IMG/VR virus record: IMGVR_UViG_3300025671_008697
DNA: 64,000 nucleotides
Source: a virus
Lineage: Duplodnaviria; Caudoviricetes
Reading direction: 5' to 3' (one strand)
Part shown: piece by piece, positions 9,627 to 19,479 of the stretch
How the letters are laid out: every line of letters starts with the position of its first letter
Numbering within the stretch: position 1 is the first letter of the stretch
Notes under the pieces: model-generated
What the model was told of the DNA's origin: nothing
Databases searched by the model: none
What the model saw: only the letters and a program-made list of their open reading frames with translations
Program-made: the position numbers and the translations under genes

Positions 9627-12074
9627 ATGGCTGGGATTTTTAACATTAACTTAGCCCGTGATGGTGCTTACAACGTAAACGGCAATTACTACAGTAGAGA
9701 AAAGTTAATTTATCCTACGCCACGAAAGTTATGGTACAACTACAATGCTTTGGCCATACTGGCCTATATTACTGAAGCAGAATATGATTTAATCGTTGCA
9801 AACTTTCCTGGCTACGTTTATCCTCCACAACAAGTTGGTTATTCGAGAATAGAAAATTTTAATAATTTTCAAAAAGCAGATCAACCACAGCCAAACATCG
9901 ACACCGAACAGGGTGAAATTACTGTATTACAACAACAAACAGATTACTTATTGAATCGACAAAACCAAGGAATTGACTTCATCGGCCCGATACTGCCTAA
10001 TCCTCCTTTGTTTAGAAGGACACAGGATCCAGAAGTTAGCGGCGCTCCTTACTATTACATAGATAAAAATCCTGGTTCTCCCGTACACAAATTAGTTTAT
10101 ATTACCTACGAAGCACAACAATTCTTAATTCAAACAGACTATTACAATATCAATTTGGCAACCCTTAATTACTACGGTCCTTTTGGTATTCCTATGTATT
10201 ATGATGATGGCACGGACGGTGTAAACGGTCCACCAGGTAGTGGTATAACTGGCTCATCTCCAAGCGTTAGTGGCGAGTCATGCCCGCCTGGAAGTTTTAG
10301 CGTCAACGGTGGTTATTGTGCCCCAGGAGTATTTGACAGTTCCGGACAAGTAGTCACTGACGGTCAAGGAAACCCTGTCACAGTTGGAGGCGGCGGCTTT
10401 AGTTTCGCTGGAGGTGCTTCGGGTTACGACGCCGGCCAAAGACTAACTGGTTTTTCTGTGTTTTCTGGTAGCGGTGTATATGACGGTTCACTGAGTGCTC
10501 AAGGTAATATGGTTGCCATGCAGTTAAATGAAGGAAAATATCAGACTGAAGTACAAGGCAGATATCTTGTTGCTAAACCTTATCACCAAGGATATTTTAA
10601 AACTTATTATAGAGATCCTGCTGCTGATATTTTTGGTGCAAACACACAGATGCCTGCGCTAACAGGTGTCATGCCGGAAAAATACTCAGATGTGCCTGGC
10701 AATGCAGTATACTATACAGATCTGCAACTATATAGAATGAGTGGTAGCAACCAGTGGGATCAGTTTTATTTCATAAACACATTTGGTCAGATTGTAGGCT
10801 GGGTATTACAATGCAATAATTATCTTGAAGCACTTAAAAAAGCAGAAGATACTAATTTGGCTTACTACGGTGCAGACAGTTTTCAAGTCCTGACTACACA
10901 GGGATTTAGTAGGTACCAAACGGGAACTGCACTTGTTCAGGCATTTAGGAATTTGGGGACAATGGCCAGTCTGATAACAGCAAAAAACAGTGTTGGCCAA
11001 CCTTATTTTGGAACTGCAAATGCAGTTGCAGAAGTTCTAATAGATAATGGCCTTGGGTATATCAACAACCTAAGTACAAACATATATGCTGCAGGTGTAA
11101 ATTTCGATGACATAGGTAACACTCTTTATACCGACTTTATAACAGATCAGTTAAGGCAGATAACAAACGCCGCAGACCTACAGACTATTCAAGAAGTGCT
11201 GCAGAGTAACATTCCTAATATTGCCAACCCTCTTGATTATACAAGAATAGATAGGGCCAGCGGATTACCCAATGACAGTGAATTTACAGACTTTCAGGCA
11301 GTGGGCCAAGACTTTGTAAATCGTGCGCCAAATCTCACACTGACCAACGGCATAGATATTGCAAACTTGATTGATAAAATTCAAAGCGGTGTAACTCAAA
11401 GCGTAGAAGACTTGGCAGGAACTGACACATTGCTAACCCAGGCGCAAATTGATAGTTTAAGAAGTTTCTTACCATTTGGCGCAAATAACGAACCCATTAC
11501 AATGCTAAATGTTATTGGTATGTCAAGTGGCTATCAAAACGTGATTATGTCAGAAGTAAATGATGGCATTGCTCAATTGTTTGCAACAAGTTATGGACCA
11601 CAGATCAGAGATACTTTTACAGAAATCAGTAGATTGAGTGCAAGGCTACCATTAACCACTGCTGAATTTAGTCAAAGTGCGGCAACTTGGGATACACAAT
11701 TAGAAAACAAGAAAAACGATTACTATACTTTAATCAACACAATCATGGCAGATACTACAGGAAACATTCCTGCTATTGTAGATCAGATTAATTCAAATTG
11801 GGATAAGTTTACCAGTAACTTGTACTACGAGTTTAAAAATTATGCTAAAGCCAACATTACAGCCGGCAACTTTGGTGACAATCAAACTGTGTTTAGTTTT
11901 GTCCAAAGCATGCCAGGTTATGCAGCAGACCAAGCTAACATTGCTACAGACTACATGTTGTATGGGTTAACTCAGGACAATACGGGCGGTGAAGTAGCAA
12001 GAACAGTTTTGGATACTGGCAAAAACGACGACTTTTTACAGCAGGCTGGTGTAACCATAAACAGCACATTGTAA
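9627..12074 (+). CDS. large putative structural (tail/baseplate) protein
   Basis: 815 aa, G/N/T-rich, in the PAAR operon. Confidence 0.5.
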   Translation: MAGIFNINLARDGAYNVNGNYYSREKLIYPTPRKLWYNYNALAILAYITEAEYDLIVANFPGYVYPPQQVGYSRIENFNNFQKADQPQPNIDTEQGEITVLQQQTDYLLNRQNQGIDFIGPILPNPPLFRRTQDPEVSGAPYYYIDKNPGSPVHKLVYITYEAQQFLIQTDYYNINLATLNYYGPFGIPMYYDDGTDGVNGPPGSGITGSSPSVSGESCPPGSFSVNGGYCAPGVFDSSGQVVTDGQGNPVTVGGGGFSFAGGASGYDAGQRLTGFSVFSGSGVYDGSLSAQGNMVAMQLNEGKYQTEVQGRYLVAKPYHQGYFKTYYRDPAADIFGANTQMPALTGVMPEKYSDVPGNAVYYTDLQLYRMSGSNQWDQFYFINTFGQIVGWVLQCNNYLEALKKAEDTNLAYYGADSFQVLTTQGFSRYQTGTALVQAFRNLGTMASLITAKNSVGQPYFGTANAVAEVLIDNGLGYINNLSTNIYAAGVNFDDIGNTLYTDFITDQLRQITNAADLQTIQEVLQSNIPNIANPLDYTRIDRASGLPNDSEFTDFQAVGQDFVNRAPNLTLTNGIDIANLIDKIQSGVTQSVEDLAGTDTLLTQAQIDSLRSFLPFGANNEPITMLNVIGMSSGYQNVIMSEVNDGIAQLFATSYGPQIRDTFTEISRLSARLPLTTAEFSQSAATWDTQLENKKNDYYTLINTIMADTTGNIPAIVDQINSNWDKFTSNLYYEFKNYAKANITAGNFGDNQTVFSFVQSMPGYAADQANIATDYMLYGLTQDNTGGEVARTVLDTGKNDDFLQQAGVTINSTL

Positions 12075-12208
12075 CAAAACTGCCAAAAAACTTGTAAAAA
12101 CCCAATAAATTCAATATAATACACGCAGTTTTTACAGTTCTGTATGTAGTTTATTGCTTTGAACACTCAAGGTATATAAGTTACTACTCAAAAAGAAGGA
12201 GTAAGAAT

Positions 12209-12799
12209 ATGACAACAAGAGCAACCGAAGTTGCCGGTTCAGCATTTTTTTATCTTTTCAAATTGGCAATGTTTACTGCATTGGCAATTGTGACTGGCAT
12301 AGTAATTGCTGACTATACACAAAAACAGTTCGACGAACACGGAGCAAGTCTATTAGCCAGCGCCGACTTTACACCCAGCCTGGCTGAAAAAGATAGACAG
12401 TTAAGATGTTTGGCACGCAACATTTATTTTGAAGGTGCCAACGAACCTGTGGAAGGCAAAATTGCCATTGCACAAGTAACCATGAATCGTGTGGCACATG
12501 AAAACTTCCCTAATGATGTTTGCAGTGTGGTGCATCAAAAATTCAAAGTGGCGGGAAAATATGTTTGTCAATTTAGTTGGGTCTGTGTGACCAAACACAA
12601 ACCAAAACACATAGACAATCCGCAGTATACAGAAAGCCTACAGATAGCCAAACGTGTGTTCTATGAAAACTATAGACTACCAGGACTGACTGAAGCACTC
12701 TACTACCATGCTACTTATGTGCGACCAAATTGGCGTAGGTGGAAAACTAAACTTACTAAAATTGGTTTACACATCTTTTACAAAGAACGTGAAGCATAA
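12209..12799 (+). CDS. SleB-like cell wall hydrolase (Hydrolase_2)
   Basis: CLARNIYFEGANEPVEGKIAIAQVTMNRV...QFSW...ALYYHATYVRPNW; N-terminal TM segment. Confidence 0.92.
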   Translation: MTTRATEVAGSAFFYLFKLAMFTALAIVTGIVIADYTQKQFDEHGASLLASADFTPSLAEKDRQLRCLARNIYFEGANEPVEGKIAIAQVTMNRVAHENFPNDVCSVVHQKFKVAGKYVCQFSWVCVTKHKPKHIDNPQYTESLQIAKRVFYENYRLPGLTEALYYHATYVRPNWRRWKTKLTKIGLHIFYKEREA

Positions 12800-13131
12800 T
12801 GTTTACTGAAGAGCAAAAACAACGGATCCAAGAATTTGTAAACAAAGTCGGTGCATGGCCCGTATGGTCTATGTTACGACATGCCATTGGAGAAAGTTTT
12901 GGCTGGGTTGCAATTTTAGTTTTACATAGTGCAACCATACCAAACTTGCTGGCTTACAAAGAAGGCTTAATCGAACAGCCCATGGACTTTGATGTTGTTG
13001 TGTTTATTTGGTCTTCTTTAGTACTAATGTTCATAAAAGGTTTGGTCAACCGAGAATGGTTAAATACAGTTACCATCGGTATAGGCTTTATTGTACAGGC
13101 TGTACTTTTAGGAATTTTAGTATTTAGGTAA
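12799..13131 (+). CDS. small multi-pass membrane protein
   Basis: Three hydrophobic segments; follows the cell wall hydrolase. Confidence 0.6.
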   Translation: MFTEEQKQRIQEFVNKVGAWPVWSMLRHAIGESFGWVAILVLHSATIPNLLAYKEGLIEQPMDFDVVVFIWSSLVLMFIKGLVNREWLNTVTIGIGFIVQAVLLGILVFR

Positions 13132-13135
13132 CAAA

Positions 13136-13804
13136 GTGAACTATTTCGACTTACTGGACCGATTACATCAACTGTATTATAAATGCATAGGTCAGGAGTT
13201 GACTGCCAAACAGATTTGTTACAAACTAAACAGAAACATTCCCAGTAGAGACATTAGAGTATACGGCTTAGAAAGCATAGGCGTATTAGACAACAAGTTT
13301 GAAACATCAGGCTTATACGATCCTGAACTGGATCAAGACAGTAAACAGTGTATCCTAATTGAAATACAGTTTCCGGTTCGCAAACCCACTTTTTGTTTTG
13401 ATGAATCTGACTTGTCATTTGCTCACTGGCATGAACTGGCAGTGGACATTGCCAGCATCATAGGGCACGAGTTTGTACACATGGGTCAGTTCAGACGCAG
13501 ACATTTTAATGAAGGCAGACTTTATCGTAGTAGAGAAAAGAATCTATTCTTTAAAGAACACCAAGAATATTACGGCATGAATGATGAAATAGATGCCTAT
13601 GCTTTTACTGCGGCTGCAGGTATGGCATTGGAAAAATTTGTTTATCAAAAGAAAAATGTCAATATTAAAAAGACACCAACTTATCAAATATATAGACATT
13701 ATTTTCGTAAAGACACTAAAATAATAGACTTGTTGGTCAAAAAGAGTACGACATATTATCGTAAATTAGAAAGGCAATATCGTGACAAATACAATAAAAA
13801 ATAA
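13136..13804 (+). CDS. hypothetical protein with zincin-like HExxH motif
   Basis: IIGHEFVHMGQ...DEIDAYA; GTG start. Confidence 0.55.
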   Translation: MNYFDLLDRLHQLYYKCIGQELTAKQICYKLNRNIPSRDIRVYGLESIGVLDNKFETSGLYDPELDQDSKQCILIEIQFPVRKPTFCFDESDLSFAHWHELAVDIASIIGHEFVHMGQFRRRHFNEGRLYRSREKNLFFKEHQEYYGMNDEIDAYAFTAAAGMALEKFVYQKKNVNIKKTPTYQIYRHYFRKDTKIIDLLVKKSTTYYRKLERQYRDKYNKK

Positions 13805-14006
13805 TTTAGACATTACTGAAGAAGATTTAGAAGAAATTAATGACACAATTGAGGGAAATGAATTTGTATTTGTTTTAGATGTTGAAGGTAATTTAAAAAC
13901 TGTAATTTTACCGGGCGAAGCAGATGAGAATGATTTACCCGAAAATGTAACTAAAGTATTACAGGTATTTGAATTAGACGATTTAAACCCACAAACTCTG
14001 CACTAA
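13782..14006 (+). CDS. hypothetical acidic protein
   Basis: ORF track; stop lies inside the promoter repeat. Confidence 0.6.
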   Translation: MTNTIKNNLDITEEDLEEINDTIEGNEFVFVLDVEGNLKTVILPGEADENDLPENVTKVLQVFELDDLNPQTLH

Positions 14007-14049
14007 TACTTAAGTAGTACTTGCTCAAAAATACCCAATTTAGTATAAT
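14004..14049 (+). promoter_or_regulatory. palindrome-linked sigma70-like promoter, copy 1
   Basis: TAATACTTAAGTAGTAC, TTGCTC(14021), N17, TATAAT(14044). Confidence 0.8.
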
Positions 14050-14370
14050 ATGGGTATGATGAAAAGAAAGCGTCGGCAAGACACCAACCATTGCGTATAC
14101 GTTATTACCAATCGTGTTACTCTAGAGCAATACATTGGTATTACTGTGTGCGGGCAGAAACTAAGCCGGGCATTGAAAGTTCGGATGCAGAAGCACGTTC
14201 GTAGAGCACTTACTGAGGGCAAAGATTGGCCTTTATGCGAAAGTATTAGAACTTACGGCAGTAAAGCATTCGAGTACGGCATTGTGGACATTGTACGGGG
14301 TCGCAAACCCGCACACGGCTTGGAGCGTGAGTTAATACGTAAGTATGCACCTGCGCTGAATCAATACTAA
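14050..14370 (+). CDS. small GIY-YIG nuclease-family protein
   Basis: CVYVITNRVTLEQYIGIT...R...H...ERELI...LN. Confidence 0.8.
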   Translation: MGMMKRKRRQDTNHCVYVITNRVTLEQYIGITVCGQKLSRALKVRMQKHVRRALTEGKDWPLCESIRTYGSKAFEYGIVDIVRGRKPAHGLERELIRKYAPALNQY

Positions 14371-14374
14371 AAAG

Positions 14375-14420
14375 TAATACTAAGGTAGTACTTGCTCGAA
14401 ATTCTGAATTTTGCTATAAT
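14375..14420 (+). promoter_or_regulatory. palindrome-linked sigma70-like promoter, copy 2
   Basis: TAATACTAAGGTAGTAC, TTGCTC(14392), N17, TATAAT(14415). Confidence 0.8.
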
Positions 14421-14446
14421 TATTCCATACAGTAACAAAACAGGAG

Positions 14447-14710
14447 TTGAACATGGAAAAAGCACTTTATCGTAGCCCGGTGTTTAGTAGCGGTGTTCCT
14501 TTCTTGGTTCCCGTTGAGGCACTTAGCACCTATGCCAAGCGCGATGAATGCTTGCTACAGATGCAGGCCCTAGGTGGCATTCATGCCGAACCCACTAAGG
14601 AGTTTTTGAAACTTCGCAGTAAGATGTTGGCCGCTCGCCGCAAAATTGAGCGTAACCGTTGGTGGGGCGAAGCTGCACCTGTGCATGGTTGGGAATCCGT
14701 AACCGTTTAA
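14447..14710 (+). CDS. hypothetical early protein
   Basis: AGGAG RBS downstream of repeat promoter; true start may be ATG 14453. Confidence 0.6.
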   Translation: MNMEKALYRSPVFSSGVPFLVPVEALSTYAKRDECLLQMQALGGIHAEPTKEFLKLRSKMLAARRKIERNRWWGEAAPVHGWESVTV

Positions 14711-14725
14711 CCTAAGGAGAAAAAA

Positions 14726-14890
14726 ATGGGACGAGTCAAAGGCATGTTGATTGACCTTGCCGAAGATGCTACCTACATCGAACCCGATGAGTGGGCCGCG
14801 GCTTTTGAGCATGTTGTGGACAACGACTACATTGATAGTCTTGCCGAAGAATATGAGAGTTACAACAACCAAGGTTCGGAATTTGATTAA
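14726..14890 (+). CDS. small acidic hypothetical protein (54 aa)
   Basis: Not in track; AAGGAG RBS, MGRVKGMLIDLAEDATY...GSEFD*. Confidence 0.7.
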   Translation: MGRVKGMLIDLAEDATYIEPDEWAAAFEHVVDNDYIDSLAEEYESYNNQGSEFD

Positions 14891-14960
14891 CCGGGGGAAT
14901 CGGATGTCTGGAGCCTAGGGCTAGGACTTTTGTCACTGCTCATCCGATTTAATTTTTAAC

Positions 14961-14983
14961 AACCCGCTTCGGCGGGTTTTTTT
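14961..14983 (+). terminator. intrinsic terminator
   Basis: aacccgc-ttcg-gcgggtt-tttttt. Confidence 0.9.
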
Positions 14984-15058
14984 ATTGGTAAAATAAAACT
15001 TGCTTTTTTAATACCTTAGAAATTAAAATAAGTAATATTTGCACTATAAAAATTATAA

Positions 15059-16861
15059 ATGTTCTTAGCAAGTTTAACTTTTTTAACTGGTCTGAGTATC
15101 TCAGCAGTTGCAATATATTATTCGGTAATTGGCTTGACTGCAATCTTTGCGGCCGCAGTTATTCCAATTGTAATCATGGGCACGGTATTGGAAGTAGCCA
15201 AGTTGGTTTCGGCTTGGTGGCTTAAAGCAAATTGGGAACGTGCTCCTGTACTGTTAAAGAGTTACATGTTCATTGCCGTGCTGGTTCTGATGTTTATTAC
15301 CAGCATGGGTATTTTTGGTTTCTTAAGTAAGGCACACATCGAACAAACTGCCATGAGCACAGAGCAAGTGGCACAGATCTCTACTCTCGATGACAAGATG
15401 GCTCGCAGTGAAGCCAAGATAAAACGTTGGCAAGATGAAATCAGTAGGCTGCTCAAGGGTGAAGATGTTCGTGTTGACAACTTAGTGGACAATGAGCAGA
15501 AAGAGTTAGACAAAATCTACAGTCGCATTAAAGATGAAAAAGCCACACTTCGTGCCGCCGCTGACAAAAAGGTTGAACAACAGAACCAACGACTAGCACA
15601 GGCTACTGCACGTAAAGAAGCAGACATCAAAGCCGCAGAAGAAAGATTCAAAGGCAGTTTTGCTGGCGGCAGTCAATATGATGAAGCAGTAGACAAAGCC
15701 AAAAAGACTGAACTTGGGGTTGCCAGTGCCGCACAACGTGAAATCAGAAACGTCAACCGCACATTGGACCAGGATCTTAAACGGGTTGACGACAAGTATG
15801 CAACTGCAATTAAAGACATACAAACTCGCATTGCACAACTACGCAAACAGGCTTCCAATAAAACAGTAGACATTGACAAGCGTATTGAAGAACTTGAAGG
15901 TAATGTCAACAAAGAACAGGCCATAGTTGACGGTGCTAGAGAAGAAAAGTTTGTGTTTGAGAAAAACTATCGCAAACTGGAAGCAGAAGTTGGTCCTGTA
16001 AAATATATTGCTGAGTTTATCTATGGTGAACAAGCAGACAAGAACTTGTTAGAAAAAGCAGTAACTTGGGTTATTATCACAATCATATTTGTGTTTGATC
16101 CATTGGCTGTGCTGTTACTGTTAGCCAGTCAGATGAGTTTTGGCTGGGCAAGAGAACAAAAGCAAGAACCTGAAATAGAACATAAACTTGAGGAACTGGT
16201 AGAACAGATTCCAGAACCAGAAGAGCCCAAGGTTGATCCCTACGATGCAAAACACACACCGGAAACACATCCCTATTTAAGATCAGGATTCGATCAACCT
16301 GAGGGTTGGCCAGGGGATCCTGTTGCGGCCCAAGAACCAGAATCTAAAGAGGAGATAATTGATGAAGTACAAGATGAGACAGCGCCGCTGGGCGACACTA
16401 CAGAAGCGCAAGAAGATTCTAAGCAAGTTGAGATAGATGGAGAACACTTCGATATTAATGAAGTTAAAATAAAAAATCACGCTGGCGGCTATGTTCAAGT
16501 AAATCAGAAATTAATGGCAGGCGATGTATTCCGAAGCCAATATCCAGAACTTGCTAAAAAATTTAGTTTACAAGCAGGTAGAGAAAGTCGTAGCGGCTTT
16601 GGTACAGCCTTTCCAAAGGATGCCGAAAAAGGAGACGTATATCTAAGAGTAGATGTAATGCCAAATAAATTGTTCAAATTTAATGGAAGTAAGTGGATAG
16701 AGATTGACAAATCCACATCTGACAGTTATACTTACGATGAACAATATATACAATACTTGATTGAAAAACTTGCATCAGGAGAATACGAACTTGATCAATT
16801 AAGCCCAAGCGAACAAGAACTTGTGGCGGAACAACTCGAAAGACAGAATGGCAAAACCTAA
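15059..16861 (+). CDS. membrane-anchored coiled-coil protein
   Basis: Three N-terminal TM helices, long coiled coil, TM VIITIIFVFDPLAVLLLLA, acidic tail. Confidence 0.65.
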   Translation: MFLASLTFLTGLSISAVAIYYSVIGLTAIFAAAVIPIVIMGTVLEVAKLVSAWWLKANWERAPVLLKSYMFIAVLVLMFITSMGIFGFLSKAHIEQTAMSTEQVAQISTLDDKMARSEAKIKRWQDEISRLLKGEDVRVDNLVDNEQKELDKIYSRIKDEKATLRAAADKKVEQQNQRLAQATARKEADIKAAEERFKGSFAGGSQYDEAVDKAKKTELGVASAAQREIRNVNRTLDQDLKRVDDKYATAIKDIQTRIAQLRKQASNKTVDIDKRIEELEGNVNKEQAIVDGAREEKFVFEKNYRKLEAEVGPVKYIAEFIYGEQADKNLLEKAVTWVIITIIFVFDPLAVLLLLASQMSFGWAREQKQEPEIEHKLEELVEQIPEPEEPKVDPYDAKHTPETHPYLRSGFDQPEGWPGDPVAAQEPESKEEIIDEVQDETAPLGDTTEAQEDSKQVEIDGEHFDINEVKIKNHAGGYVQVNQKLMAGDVFRSQYPELAKKFSLQAGRESRSGFGTAFPKDAEKGDVYLRVDVMPNKLFKFNGSKWIEIDKSTSDSYTYDEQYIQYLIEKLASGEYELDQLSPSEQELVAEQLERQNGKT

Positions 16862-17567
16862 AATATCTATATTATTACCAACAAGAAAACGTACAGAAGC
16901 AGTTATAAAAAGCATAGGCAGTTTACTTGCCTATGCTAAAAACACTGCTGACATTGAAATCTTAATTGCCTACGATGACGATGATGAAGAAAGCAGAGAA
17001 TTTTTCTCATCGACTTGGTTTGATTTTGTTGGGCAAACAGAAGCAACTACCAAAGTATTCGAAACTGAACGTTTTGGTTATTTAAAGTTGAATCGCTATG
17101 TTAATTTGTTGGGCGAGGAAGCAACAGGCGACTGGATTATGTTTTGGAATGATGACGCCTTAATGCAAACAGAAAATTGGGACGAGCATATTGTCAATGA
17201 AACAGGTTGGTTTGGCTGTTTGCGTATGCCTTGTACTTCAATGAATCATCCTTTTGCACTATTTCCAATAATTCCTAGATCTTGGGTAGATATTTTTGAA
17301 AAAATTAGTCCTGTTGCACACAGCGATTGGTGGATTTATCATGTGGCCAAATCAGCGGGAAGATTTAAAGATATTCCAGTTTTTGTTTACCATGATAGAG
17401 CAGATGTTACAGGTGGAAATAACGACGAAACGTACCAAGAACGAAGTTATGCCGCAGATGGACGAGATGCAACAAATCCAGATGATTATAGCCATCCCGA
17501 CAGACGCAAAGAACTTGAAGAATGGATTACTAAATTAAATACTCTACTTCAAGATAAAGTTTATTAA
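16848..17567 (+). CDS. glycosyltransferase family 2-like
   Basis: KISILLPTRKR, ILIAYDDDD, WNDDALM (DxD). Confidence 0.8.
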   Translation: MAKPKISILLPTRKRTEAVIKSIGSLLAYAKNTADIEILIAYDDDDEESREFFSSTWFDFVGQTEATTKVFETERFGYLKLNRYVNLLGEEATGDWIMFWNDDALMQTENWDEHIVNETGWFGCLRMPCTSMNHPFALFPIIPRSWVDIFEKISPVAHSDWWIYHVAKSAGRFKDIPVFVYHDRADVTGGNNDETYQERSYAADGRDATNPDDYSHPDRRKELEEWITKLNTLLQDKVY

Positions 17568-17574
17568 AGGATTA

Positions 17575-17856
17575 ATGATGCCAAGACTAATTACATATCC
17601 AGATATAAGTTTTGATGTTAACATACCTAAAGTTTTAATTAAAAATGCTAATTGGGACACAGAACTATGCCAACGAATTGTTAACGAATTATCTGAAAAA
17701 GAATATGACATTTACCTTTCTCATTCAGATATTGGGGATGTTCAGTGGGAAGAAGGTGTAAGGACAAAAGCGAAAATTACACTAGATGCTGATAATTTTA
17801 AACATAGGGATACTGTAGAATGGCTCAAGGAATTTGACGGAGACTTTCCAGCATGA
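17575..17856 (+). CDS. hypothetical protein
   Basis: ORF track. Confidence 0.55.
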   Translation: MMPRLITYPDISFDVNIPKVLIKNANWDTELCQRIVNELSEKEYDIYLSHSDIGDVQWEEGVRTKAKITLDADNFKHRDTVEWLKEFDGDFPA

Positions 17857-18062
17857 CCAAGGTATTTGTCAAAGACGACAACGTAGAAAGAGCATTACGT
17901 AAGTTTAAAAAGAAAGTAAATGAAAGTGGGTTACTGCAAAACTTGCGAGATCGCGAGCAGTATGAAAAACCCACTACAGAACGTAAACGTAAAAAAGCCG
18001 CCGCCAAAAATCGCTGGCGCAAAAAAGTTGAAAGCCAAAAATTGCCAGTTCGGCAGTTTTAA
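17853..18062 (+). CDS. rpsU: ribosomal protein bS21
   Basis: VFVKDDNVERALRKFKKKV...LRDREQYEKPTTERKRKKAAAKNRWRKK. Confidence 0.93.
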   Translation: MTKVFVKDDNVERALRKFKKKVNESGLLQNLRDREQYEKPTTERKRKKAAAKNRWRKKVESQKLPVRQF

Positions 18063-18102
18063 TCATTGACTTTTTCTCCCTAAGAAATTATAATAAATAA
18101 TA

Positions 18103-18153
18103 TTGTAGATGCCCGGGTGGGGTCTACAAGTCATAAACTTGCTTATTAAGGAG
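18103..18153 (+). promoter_or_regulatory. structured 5' UTR with ROSE-like RNA thermometer
   Basis: Hairpin TTGTAGAT..GTCTACAA, then CTT-G-CTT-ATT-AAGGAG pairing over the SD with a bulged G (UUGCU/AGGA), upstream of hsp20. Confidence 0.65.
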
Positions 18154-18159
18154 AAAAAA

Positions 18160-18603
18160 ATGACAAACTTTCACATTCAAACAATCGACTTACCTACTTT
18201 TGCTCGTCATGCTATCGGCTTTGACCGTGTGTTCAACGAATTGAACCGCACCTTTGCCAATAGTCGTACCAGCGACAACTATCCTCCCTACAACATCGCA
18301 CGTCTTGATGACACTCACTATGTTATCGAAGTGGCTGTTGCAGGTTTTGCCGAAAACGAAATTGACGTTGAAATCAAAGACAGCGTATTGACCGTAACTG
18401 GCAAGCAGGAAAAGAAAGAAAAGGAAGTTGACTATGTACACAAAGGCATCAGCACTCGCGCATTTGAGCGCACCTTTACGTTGGCAGACAACGTAGAAGT
18501 ACGTGCAGCCAGTGTACAGAATGGTATCCTAGCAATTGCACTTGAGCATGTTGTTCCAGAAGAACAAAAGCCTAAGAAAATTGCTATTAGTTACCAGAAG
18601 TAA
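18160..18603 (+). CDS. ibpA: small heat-shock protein Hsp20 (IbpA-like)
   Basis: IGFDRVF, YPPYNI, EVAVAGF, HKGISTRAFERTFTLA, NGILAI; start set at ATG after AAGGAG. Confidence 0.95.
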   Translation: MTNFHIQTIDLPTFARHAIGFDRVFNELNRTFANSRTSDNYPPYNIARLDDTHYVIEVAVAGFAENEIDVEIKDSVLTVTGKQEKKEKEVDYVHKGISTRAFERTFTLADNVEVRAASVQNGILAIALEHVVPEEQKPKKIAISYQK

Positions 18604-18639
18604 CAGCCAGGGGGATCCGTCCCCCTTTTTGGATTATCA

Positions 18640-18954
18640 ATGAGCACAGAAACAGAAACCACAGTAGATGTCAAAATTAAGGCACGAGAGGACATTCCCG
18701 AGCCTGTCAATTATAATGTGATTTACATCAATGACGAAGTTACTACGCAGGAATTTGTCAGCGAAACTTTAGTGGTAATATTTCATTACACTAAGATGGC
18801 GGCAGACGATATGACAATGAAAGTGCATCAGGAAGGCAGTGCTGTGGTAGCAACACTGCCATTCGAAATGGCTGAGCAAAAAGGTATTGAAGTTACCATG
18901 CTGGCTCGTAACAACGGATTCCCACTACAGGTTAAACTAGAACCCGAGGCCTAA
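18640..18954 (+). CDS. clpS: ATP-dependent Clp protease adaptor ClpS
   Basis: YNVIYINDEVTTQEFV...VHQEGSAVV...AEQK...GFPLQVKLEP. Confidence 0.92.
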   Translation: MSTETETTVDVKIKAREDIPEPVNYNVIYINDEVTTQEFVSETLVVIFHYTKMAADDMTMKVHQEGSAVVATLPFEMAEQKGIEVTMLARNNGFPLQVKLEPEA

Positions 18955-19479
18955 ATGGACGTAATGCTTGACTTGGAAACACTGGCCACAAGTCCAGACT
19001 GTGTAGTGCTGACTTTTGGTGCAGTAAAGTTTGATCCATTCACTGACACTATAGACAAAGGCATGTACATTCGTTTAGACGTAGACGAACAGATTGCGCT
19101 AGGACGCAGAGTTGACGAAGGCACACTGGAGTGGTGGGGCCGACAAAATGAACAAGTCAGAGAAGAAGCCTTGGGCGAAGATGGCAGAATTTCAATTGAT
19201 GAATTTACCAGTCAACTTAATCAGTTTATAGTGGGTGCAAACAGAATATGGGCACAGGGTCCTGTGTTTGACATTGTGATTTTAGAAAACTTGTACAGAC
19301 AGGCGAGTAAACCTGCTCCTTGGCCTTATTACACTATTAGAGACAGTCGCACACTATTGAAGGCCTTGGGCGATGACAGAGAAGGTGGAGCAAACTTACA
19401 CAATGCACTAGCAGACTGTGTCAGTCAAGCAGAGGCAGTACAATCAGCAGTAAAACGATATAAACTAACAGAACTATGA
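18955..19479 (+). CDS. DEDDh 3'-5' exonuclease (Rv2179c/DexA-like)
   Basis: MLDLETL, WAQGPVFD, RDSRTL, HNALADC. Confidence 0.87.
   Translation: MDVMLDLETLATSPDCVVLTFGAVKFDPFTDTIDKGMYIRLDVDEQIALGRRVDEGTLEWWGRQNEQVREEALGEDGRISIDEFTSQLNQFIVGANRIWAQGPVFDIVILENLYRQASKPAPWPYYTIRDSRTLLKALGDDREGGANLHNALADCVSQAEAVQSAVKRYKLTEL

Noticed and set aside
14050-14370. Homing endonuclease / mobile element
   Set aside because: It is a 106-aa catalytic-domain-only GIY-YIG with no DNA-binding tail or intron context, and is driven by a regular early promoter.
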